Assembly: GCA_045606185.1 (NCBI GenBank)
Contig: JAZURN010000047.1
Span: 15,645 to 79,644, forward strand
From: Ructibacterium sp.
GTDB taxonomy: Bacteria; Bacillota; Clostridia; Monoglobales; Monoglobaceae
Direction of reading: 5' to 3'
Length of the DNA: 64,000 nt
Under the pieces are notes generated by a model, which did not search any database, was not told the origin of the DNA, and worked only from the letters and a program-made list of their open reading frames with translations. A program made the translations under genes and the position numbers. Numbering within the stretch: position 1 is the first letter of the stretch; each line of letters starts with the position of its first letter. Positions 56,186 to 64,000 of this stretch are shown here, piece by piece.

Positions 56186-58819
56186 CTATTTTACCTGGGA
56201 TTCCACAATGCCGGCAACCAGAGCCAGCGCTTCCTCCGCCTTTTCGGGGTTCTTACCGCCCGCCTGTGCGGATTCCGGCTTACCGCCGCCACCGCCGCCC
56301 ATGGCTTTGGCAACCTCGGAAATAATCTTGCCTGCATGTGCACCCTTACTAACCGCTCCGGGAGTTGCCATAGCGATAATGCTGACCTTATCAGCACCCT
56401 TGGACGCCAGAACAATCACGGCAGATTCCTGGTTCTGCTTTAAGGTATCTCCGGTTTCCCGCAGAGTGTTCATATCCATATTGTCATCCATCAGCTTTGC
56501 CACAACGGATACACCGCCGATTTCCTTGGCATCATCCATCAAGCTGCCTGCTGCTGCAGATGCCATCCGACTCTTTAAACTCTCCACTTCACGGCGGCTT
56601 TCTTTGAGTTCCTCGGTCAAGGCTTCTGCCTTATGCTTCAGTTCCTTGGGGCTGGTCTTTAAGACCTGTGCCGTTTCCTGAATCAAGGTTTCCTTTTCTT
56701 CCAAAAGCTGAAGAACACCCAGACCGGTTACACCCTCAATTCTACGAACGCCGGCAGCAACACCGGTTTCGGACACAATCTTGAAAAGGCCAAGCTTACC
56801 GGTGGATTCTGCATGGGTACCACCACAGAGCTCCAAACTGTAATCCCCCATCTTAACCACCCGGACTGTGGCACCATATTTCTCGCTAAAGAGTGCAACT
56901 GCACCCATTTCCCGTGCCTCATCAATGGACTTTTCAAAGCATTCGATGGGCAGGTCATTCAGGATTTCACGGTTGACCTGTTCTTCTACCTTACGGAGTT
57001 CCTCAGCCGTCATTGCCTGGAAGTGGGAGAAGTCAAACCGCATTCTGTCCTCGGACACATAGGAACCTGCCTGTGCCACATGGTTACCTAGCACATCCTT
57101 GAGTGCCGCCTGAAGCAAATGCACCGAAGAATGGTTCCGGCGAATCTTCTGTCTGCGTTCCTTATCGAACTTGGTTTCCACAACATCCCCAATCTTCAGG
57201 GAACCGGATTCTACCACGCCCTTATGGAGGAACTTGCCGTTCTTCTTTTTGGTATCGGTAATTCTTACCTTGACATCTGTATTTTCCAAAACGCCGGTAT
57301 CTCCCACCTGACCGCCGCTCTCTGCATAGAAAGCAGTCTGGTCAAGCACCAGGACAACCTCGTCCCCGGCAGTGACTTCCTCTGCCAGTTTGCCGTCCTT
57401 GCCAATACCCAGAACCTTGGCAGAAACAGAATCCTTATCATAGCCGTCAAAGGCAGTATTGCCCTCGATAACCGCAAAGATATCCTCTTCCCATGCCGCA
57501 TCTTCCATGTCGCCTCTGGCGGTTCTGGCACGGTTTTTCTGGTCTTCCATCCGCTTACGGAAATCTTCTTCGTCAACAGAAAAACCATTTTCTTCTGCAA
57601 TCTCACGAGTCAAATCAATGGGGAACCCATAGGTATCATAGAGTTTGAACGCCTGCTCCCCGGAAAATTCAGTCTTGCCAGCAGCCTTGTTTTCTTCCAG
57701 ATAGCCTTTTAAGATTTCCAGACCCTGGTCGATGGTTTCTGCAAATCTTCCCTCTTCGGTCTTGATGACCTTTTCAATATAATCAAAATTTCGAGCAAGC
57801 TCGGGATATGCACTTTCACTCTCCTGGGCTACCGTCTTGGCAAGCTTATAAAGGAAGGCTCCCTCAATACCCAGAAGCTTTCCGTGCCGTGCCGCTCTCC
57901 GGAGAAGTCTACGGAGTACATAACCACGACCCTCATTGGAGGGAAGAACCCCATCAGATACCAGGAATACGGTGCTACGAATATGGTCGGTAATCACACG
58001 GAGGGAAATGTCGGTTTCCTTGTCCTTGCCATAATCCACCTTTGCCATTGCCGCTGCGGTATCTAATATCTTTCGAATGGTATCTACCTCGAAGATAGAG
58101 GTTACGCCCTGCATAATACAAGCCATTCTCTCAAGACCCATACCGGTATCAATGTTGGGATTTGCCAGGCGGTTATAGTTTCCGTTCTCGTCCTTGTCAA
58201 ACTGGGTAAACACAAGATTCCAGAACTCTACAAAACGGTCGCACTCACAGCCAACTGCACAGTCAGGGCTGCCGCAGCCAAACGCCTCGCCACGGTCAAA
58301 GTAAATCTCGGAACAAGGACCGCAAGGGCCGGTACCGATTTCCCAGAAGTTGTCCTCTTTGCCAAGGTAAACAATTCTGTCGGGGCTGACACCCACATTC
58401 TTAACCCAGAGTTCGGTGGTTTCCTTATCTTCTTCATAAACGCTGACCCAAAGTCGGTCTTCAGGAATTTCCAGAACCTTGGTAATGAATTCCCACGCCC
58501 ACATGGTAACCTCGGTCTTGAAGTAGTCCCCAAAGGAGAAGTTACCCAGCATTTCAAAGAAGGTACCGTGCCGGGCGGTCTTACCTACCGATTCAATATC
58601 CGGGGTACGAATACACTTCTGGCAGGTGGTAACCCGCTTTTTCGGCGGAGTTTCCTTTCCCAAAAAGTAAGGCTTTAAAGGTGCCATACCCGCATTGATT
58701 AAAAGCAAGCTGGCATCGCCCTGAGGCACCAGCGGAAAAGACGGCAAACGCAAATGTTCTTTGCTCTCAAAGAAAGCAAGGAATTTTTCCCGTATTTCAT
58801 TCAATCCCAATTTTTCCAT
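56186..58819 (-). CDS. alaS: Alanine--tRNA ligase
   Basis: LLLINAGM, RHGTFFEMLGNFSFGDYFK, IDTGMGLER, NHSSVH, ELCGGTH, GGGGGGKP. Confidence 0.98.
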   Translation of the reverse strand: MEKLGLNEIREKFLAFFESKEHLRLPSFPLVPQGDASLLLINAGMAPLKPYFLGKETPPKKRVTTCQKCIRTPDIESVGKTARHGTFFEMLGNFSFGDYFKTEVTMWAWEFITKVLEIPEDRLWVSVYEEDKETTELWVKNVGVSPDRIVYLGKEDNFWEIGTGPCGPCSEIYFDRGEAFGCGSPDCAVGCECDRFVEFWNLVFTQFDKDENGNYNRLANPNIDTGMGLERMACIMQGVTSIFEVDTIRKILDTAAAMAKVDYGKDKETDISLRVITDHIRSTVFLVSDGVLPSNEGRGYVLRRLLRRAARHGKLLGIEGAFLYKLAKTVAQESESAYPELARNFDYIEKVIKTEEGRFAETIDQGLEILKGYLEENKAAGKTEFSGEQAFKLYDTYGFPIDLTREIAEENGFSVDEEDFRKRMEDQKNRARTARGDMEDAAWEEDIFAVIEGNTAFDGYDKDSVSAKVLGIGKDGKLAEEVTAGDEVVLVLDQTAFYAESGGQVGDTGVLENTDVKVRITDTKKKNGKFLHKGVVESGSLKIGDVVETKFDKERRQKIRRNHSSVHLLQAALKDVLGNHVAQAGSYVSEDRMRFDFSHFQAMTAEELRKVEEQVNREILNDLPIECFEKSIDEAREMGAVALFSEKYGATVRVVKMGDYSLELCGGTHAESTGKLGLFKIVSETGVAAGVRRIEGVTGLGVLQLLEEKETLIQETAQVLKTSPKELKHKAEALTEELKESRREVESLKSRMASAAAGSLMDDAKEIGGVSVVAKLMDDNMDMNTLRETGDTLKQNQESAVIVLASKGADKVSIIAMATPGAVSKGAHAGKIISEVAKAMGGGGGGKPESAQAGGKNPEKAEEALALVAGIVESQVK

Positions 58820-58947
58820 TTTCATTCCTCTTTTCATCAGTTGGGGCGACTATCTGCATAATCCACCATTTTAGTTTTCTTGTCTTTCATTATAGCAAGA
58901 AAACTTTACTCCGTCAAGTATATTCCTCTGTCTTTCTCGGGTTTTCC

Positions 58948-58976
58948 TTGACAAAATTCGGTTGCCGTGGTAAAAT
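58948..58976 (+). promoter_or_regulatory. sigmaA promoter of tRNA-Leu
   Basis: TTGACA-N17-TAAAAT with extended TG. Confidence 0.8.
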
Positions 58977-58988
58977 AAAAAAGAATTT

Positions 58989-59072
58989 GCGGGCGTGGCG
59001 GAATTGGCAGACGCGCCAGATTTAGGTTCTGGTGGCAAGCCCGTGCAGGTTCAAGTCCTGTCGCCCGCACCA
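58989..59072 (+). tRNA. tRNA-Leu(TAG)
   Basis: GCGGGCG/CGCCCGC acceptor stem, D-loop GGAATTGGCAGAC, anticodon arm CCAGA-TTTAGGT-TCTGG, long variable arm, GGTTCAAGTCC, encoded CCA. Confidence 0.96.
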
Positions 59073-59246
59073 ATTGATTAGGTGTCGGTTTTTGAACTTT
59101 TTTTCGAAAACCGACATTTTTTCTATTCTTAAACCCGCATTATTACTGACTTTCTTATTTTCAACACTAAAATTAATTTGCTGAAAAAAGTAAAAAATGA
59201 AATTAAAAAATTTTAAGAGTATTCAAATATCAACACCATATTCTCA

Positions 59247-60380
59247 TTAAACTTTTCCATAAACTTCTTCAAATCTGTTTGGCGTTTTAAAGGCCAGTGT
59301 GCTATGAGGGCGCCTTTCATTGTAGAATGCAATATACTCGTCTATTGATTTTTTAAATTCGTTTTCAGAACGATAATTTCTCCTATATGCCTCTTCTTTT
59401 TTAAAACTAGAAAAAAATGATTCCATTACTGCATTGTCATGAGGTCTTCTGGAATTTGAAAAAGATTGTGTAACTTCACAGTCGCGCAGTAGTGTTCTAA
59501 ATGTGTCTGAAATATATTGACCACCCCTATCACTATGGAACATTAGTTCTTGCGGACAGCCTCGATTTTCAAATGCTTGCTTGAATGTTGCAGTAACCAG
59601 ATTAGTGCTACACTTTTTCGAGACTTTATATCCCACAACTTTTCGTGAAAACAAATCCAATATTACACACAGATAAACCGGATAATTTTTTAGTTTAAAA
59701 TATGTAATATCACTAACCCATTTTTCGTTTATTCGTTCTGCTTTGAATTCTCTGTTTAATATATTTCTTTTCAACCTCTCCTGTTCCTTTTTATAACTAC
59801 TTTTTGCTCCGCGTTGAACACTTTCAAGTCCAAGTTCATCCATAATACTTTTAACTCGGCGTTTTCCGACATTTATACCATTTCCAGCTAAAACTGCACA
59901 AATTTTAGCTGCTCCATATCGCTGTTGAGCCTCCTCAAATATTTGCTGAACCATAAGCATCAATTGTGCTTGCTCTTCTAAATATTTACTTCTGTCTGCT
60001 TTTCTAAAAATGTGATTGTAGAATGTACCTCTATCAACACTAAGAGCTTCACATAATTCACGAACACTATAGAGTTCGGTCTTTTCATATAGGTTGGCAA
60101 GTATTCGCAACTTTCTTTGCAGTTCCACCTCATCCAACAGCTTCGTAAGTTTGATAATCTCTAATAAATGCAAAGTTCTTTCATATTTCCGTTTCAGCGC
60201 TTTGAAATCAGCTAAAGTAAACGATTCTTCCAATGACCCTCGTACGGTATAATCGTTTATCCAACGCGCTACAGATGATGGTGCAACATTATACTTTTCT
60301 GCTGTTTGTATGATTGAATTTTGTTTATCATAATACGCTATAACCTGTTTCTTGAATTCATCAGAGTATTTTTTCGGCAT
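59247..60380 (-). mobile_element. IS3-family DDE transposase encoded as one ORF
   Basis: KKYSDEFK HTH, YGAAKI, WVSDITY, LDLFSRKVVG, HSDRGGQY, DNAVMESFFSSFKKE, YNERRPHSTL. Confidence 0.9.
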
Positions 60381-60628
60381 AGTAAAACATCCCCTTTCTT
60401 TTATAAGAATATTTTACCACACTTTAAATTTCTTAGAGAGTTAAATATTACTTTTAATATTTAATATTATTTTTTTCCATATTTATAAGCAACCCCATAA
60501 AAATTCCCGCATAAAGCAGTAAAAAACCAAACATTCTCAAGTTAGGGGATGGTTTCAAATTTATTATTCGACAACACTTGCTTTTTTTTTACATGAATGA
60601 TATAATAATCAAAAGGAGGTATAACATA

Positions 60629-61513
60629 ATGGAAAATATTTTGAATTGGTTGACCGCATCCGGCTCATTAGCTACTGCGGCATCAGTCGTATCTGCTTTC
60701 GTACTTTACAAAAAAGAGTTAGATAATAGTAATACAAATAAGATTAGAAAGGCTTTGCAGGTTTTATTCACAAACATTAATGAACTTAATAAAATATTAG
60801 GTCCTGAACTCGCACATGAAATGACTTCTTCTGTCATCTATTCTTCTGAGTCTCAATATTCTATTAAAGAGATTTATAATATTTGCAAAGATGCAATCGA
60901 AAAGAAAACAGATAAAAATACTGTAATTGAAAAAATCAAAGAGTCATTAGGCGTTTTTGTAGTTTCTTTTCATAATGATTTATCAATTAAATATAATTCA
61001 TTACTGTCAGAAATATCATATCAATCAATAGTTTTTAACCCTAACTATCAAGGCCTATATCGATTTACAAGTGCAGTTGTTACATGGATGAGTAATATTT
61101 TTGTTGCTTATAAGCAGATACTTATTAACGAAAGCCTTTTATCAAATTTTATATATAACGAAATGGTTGATTCTCATAAACCATTTAGATCATACGAAGA
61201 ATTCCAAAAGGAATTATCTGATAATTTATTATCACTTATTGAAACTCAAAGAATAAGTAAATGGCAAGATGATATATATGCGCTACTCTCCTTAGTTAAT
61301 TTGATATATTCAACTCATATTGAATTATCAAACTCAGATTGGAACAAACTAAAAAGGAAAATTAGGAGTATTTCATTAACTCCATATGATGTTTCTGGAA
61401 AAGTAACAGATGATTTTAGAGAAGCCGAAAAACATTTTAGAACTCTTTTAAATCATGATGGAAGTATGCAATATATATCTTTGGTTCAATCAATGGAGTC
61501 CAACAATAAATAA
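60629..61513 (+). CDS. AT-rich hypothetical protein (294 aa) with N-terminal hydrophobic helix
   Basis: RBS AGGAGG; promoter TTGCTT-N17-TATAAT at 60578-60606; no recognised family. Confidence 0.7.
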   Translation: MENILNWLTASGSLATAASVVSAFVLYKKELDNSNTNKIRKALQVLFTNINELNKILGPELAHEMTSSVIYSSESQYSIKEIYNICKDAIEKKTDKNTVIEKIKESLGVFVVSFHNDLSIKYNSLLSEISYQSIVFNPNYQGLYRFTSAVVTWMSNIFVAYKQILINESLLSNFIYNEMVDSHKPFRSYEEFQKELSDNLLSLIETQRISKWQDDIYALLSLVNLIYSTHIELSNSDWNKLKRKIRSISLTPYDVSGKVTDDFREAEKHFRTLLNHDGSMQYISLVQSMESNNK

Positions 61514-61701
61514 GCCTAGTCAGAGACATTTCTGTTTTGTCAGAAATTTTAAGAAAAACTATTTATAACAGCTTTTGAATAAAATACACAGGTCATTTTG
61601 TTTTTAGAGATAAGTGCATATTATGACTGTCTAAAACCCTTGATTTTACGGCATTTGTGAGTAAATCCTATAAGAACACCCGTACCAAAAAAGCGTGAAT
61701 C

Positions 61702-62478
61702 TTATGATTCACGCTTTTTTTCTTTCATGGGATATTCCATGCCCAGCATTTCGTATTTGGCACCTGCCACAGCATTATAGGGCAATTTTTCCCATGGACT
61801 GTCCCCAATGATATTCCGAATCCCGCTAAGGTTTTCCTCGGTATCGATAATTCCGGGAATCAGCGGCGTTCGAATCAGGTATGGCTTCCCGCTTTGCTTT
61901 AGCCACTGATAATTTCGAAGTATCACTCCGTTTCCAACACCGGTATATTCCTTATGGAGTTTATCATCCGCCAGCTTGATGTCCATGATAACAAAATCCA
62001 ACCGCCTTACCATCTTCTGGAATATCTCCTCCGGTGCATATCCACAGGTTTCCATACAAAGATGATATTCTTTTAATTCCTCTATTACTTCCCACAAAAA
62101 CCCAGGTTGCATTAGCGGTTCTCCACCGGAAAAGGTATATCCCCCAAAGCTATCTCCCAATACCCCTGCCGACCTTTTCAGTTCTTCGGCAAGTTCACGG
62201 GGGGAAACCTCCCTTCCTGAAATTTCAAAGCAATTTTCCGGGCAGATATGAAGACATCGCCCAAAGGCTTGACATTCGGGATGTTGACACGGCTTTTGAC
62301 AAAGCCCGCAACCTCTGCACCGAGCTTTTTTGACCATCAGCTGGGGTGTTGTCACAAGTCCTTCCGGGTTGTGACACCACTTACATCGCAGGGGACATCC
62401 TTTCAAAAAAACTGTGGTGCGGATTCCGGGGCCATCATGAACTGCCATTTCCTTTATGTCGAAAACAATTCCCGTCAT
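61702..62478 (-). CDS. Glycyl-radical enzyme activating protein
   Basis: HDGPGIRTTVFLKGCPLRCKWCHNPE, ferredoxin-like Cys insert, GGYTFSGGEP. Confidence 0.92.
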   Translation of the reverse strand: MTGIVFDIKEMAVHDGPGIRTTVFLKGCPLRCKWCHNPEGLVTTPQLMVKKARCRGCGLCQKPCQHPECQAFGRCLHICPENCFEISGREVSPRELAEELKRSAGVLGDSFGGYTFSGGEPLMQPGFLWEVIEELKEYHLCMETCGYAPEEIFQKMVRRLDFVIMDIKLADDKLHKEYTGVGNGVILRNYQWLKQSGKPYLIRTPLIPGIIDTEENLSGIRNIIGDSPWEKLPYNAVAGAKYEMLGMEYPMKEKKRES

Positions 62479-64000
62479 ACCGAATACACCTGACGTGCAA
62501 TCACATGGTCCTGATACTCTTTATCAAGTTCTACAAAATAAGCACTCCATCCCCAGATTCTTACCACCAACTGCCGATAGTTTTCCGGATGCTTCTGTGC
62601 ATCCAAAAGCCGCTGGGGATTGACTGCATTGAGTTGCAATTGATGCCCGCCTCTGTCGACAAAACTCTTGACCAATTGTGCCACCTTTTCAATTCCCTCT
62701 TGATTTGCGAAAACGCTTTGATGAAATTCCAGTGTCAGGGGACCGCCATTGATGGCATTTTCGAAATGAGGCTTGGTCATGGACCCAATGACAGAAACCG
62801 GACCCTTTATCTTGGCAAACAGGCTGACTGAAAAATTGGTACCAAGCGGCTCTCCTCGCCGACGTCCGTCCGGGGATGCCCCAATTTCGTCCGCCTTCCA
62901 GAGATAGAACATGGCTGTCCCGGTGCCGGCACGGAATTTTCCACCAAGACAGTTTCGTTTTCCTTCTAAGGATGCGGCAAAGCTATCCAGAAGCTCCACC
63001 GCGATACTGTCCACATAATCGTCGCAATTTCCCAGCTTGGGGGCTTCGTACCGAAGCAGGTGCAGAAGCTCGGGAGTATTCTCAAAGTTATCATCTACCG
63101 CCTGAATCAGCTGTGTTTTTTCGATGGTTTTTTCCTCGTAAACATATTTTTTAATTGCCGCCAAGGAATCTGCCGCAGTGGCAATTCCCGCTCCGTGAAT
63201 TCCAAAATTGCTATACTTGCCCTTGCAATCATAAATTTCGCAATCCATCATCACATTCATAAAGGGAAAAGGAATTGTATAAATTTTCTTAATGCTGTTA
63301 CAGATTCTCTCTGACTGCTCTGCAATTCTACCCTGAACTGCCCGGAAGAAATCCTCATAGGTTTCACAGGACAGAAAGTCCTGATGCAACGCCACATCAA
63401 CCGCCGCCGGATAGGACATAGCATCCACATTGACGATTTCGTTCCCGTATCCGGGAATGATAAACCCCCAACAAGCCGCCACCGTATAGTTGACGGCATC
63501 CTTGTATTCATACCCCAGCTTCTCTAACGCAGGAATGACCACATCGTCATTGGAGTACTGGGGAAATCCCAACCCTGCCTTGGTCAGCTTTGTCGCCTCC
63601 ACAAACCGCTCCATTGGAGTATTTTTTGACACACGAAGATTGATTTTGGGGTCAATGAGCTTGTTATCATAAGAAGCCCTCAGGCACAATTCCGAAAGAA
63701 GATTGTACACATCTTCTCCCGCCTCGTTGATACCGCCCAGCATCATACTCTGTCCGTTATCGCCCTTTTGGACACCGGGATACAAGTCGGAATCTTTGTT
63801 GAAGGAGATAAAGAAATCCTCCAAAAGCTCCAGCGCGCTCTCTTGGGTCAAAACACCTTGCTCAAGATCTGCTTTCAAATAAGGATACATATATTGGTCA
63901 AACCGACCAATGGTAACATGTTTACCGCCCTCCAGCCAAATGGAAAAGTGCAGAATCCGGAACATCTGTAACGCCTCCCGGAAGGAGGTTGCACCATATC
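62475..64000 (-). CDS. Glycyl-radical enzyme of unknown substrate (PFL2-like; 5' end beyond window)
   Basis: FREALQ, GRFDQY, GASPDGR, QLQLN, LVVRIWGWSAYF; frame stays open to the window edge. Confidence 0.88.
   Translation of the reverse strand, partial: YGATSFREALQMFRILHFSIWLEGGKHVTIGRFDQYMYPYLKADLEQGVLTQESALELLEDFFISFNKDSDLYPGVQKGDNGQSMMLGGINEAGEDVYNLLSELCLRASYDNKLIDPKINLRVSKNTPMERFVEATKLTKAGLGFPQYSNDDVVIPALEKLGYEYKDAVNYTVAACWGFIIPGYGNEIVNVDAMSYPAAVDVALHQDFLSCETYEDFFRAVQGRIAEQSERICNSIKKIYTIPFPFMNVMMDCEIYDCKGKYSNFGIHGAGIATAADSLAAIKKYVYEEKTIEKTQLIQAVDDNFENTPELLHLLRYEAPKLGNCDDYVDSIAVELLDSFAASLEGKRNCLGGKFRAGTGTAMFYLWKADEIGASPDGRRRGEPLGTNFSVSLFAKIKGPVSVIGSMTKPHFENAINGGPLTLEFHQSVFANQEGIEKVAQLVKSFVDRGGHQLQLNAVNPQRLLDAQKHPENYRQLVVRIWGWSAYFVELDKEYQDHVIARQVYSV

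Noticed and set aside
58820-58940. T-box upstream of alaS
   Set aside because: The gap is short and has no GGTGGxACCGCG motif or specifier stem.

Overview
Chromosomal window from a spore-forming Clostridia-class Firmicute. Most of it is housekeeping: rapZ-murB-hprK, rpmB, der-plsY-gpsA-tcdA, pflB/pflA under a ZMP/ZTP riboswitch, the dcw cluster mraZ to ftsZ, lgt, two M16 peptidases, alaS and tRNA-Leu(TAG). The main finding is that the spore-coat morphogenetic ATPase gene spoIVA is split at codons 401-404 by a 15,232-bp intervening element. The element is bounded by an 11-bp direct repeat (ATACATATGAT at 4952-4962 and 20184-20194) with 14-bp inverted arms just inside each end. It encodes a large serine recombinase and an unannotated 51-aa candidate directionality factor behind a sigmaE-like promoter. 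Its cargo has no phage genes: two SLH (S-layer homology) proteins and a 2370-aa BspA-type LRR surface protein, driven by duplicated sigmaA promoters. Excision at the repeat restores an in-frame 493-aa SpoIVA, so this looks like a skin-like developmental DNA rearrangement at spoIVA. Other points of interest: a Leu T-box operon pairing a catalytically degenerate LeuA with a TIM-barrel/acyl-CoA ligase fusion, a C-terminal motif shared by two unrelated secreted proteins, a small AT-rich glycerate-kinase islet with REP-like elements, and a tRNA-Leu-associated islet with a single-ORF IS3 transposase. All family assignments come from recognising motifs by eye; no database searches were run.
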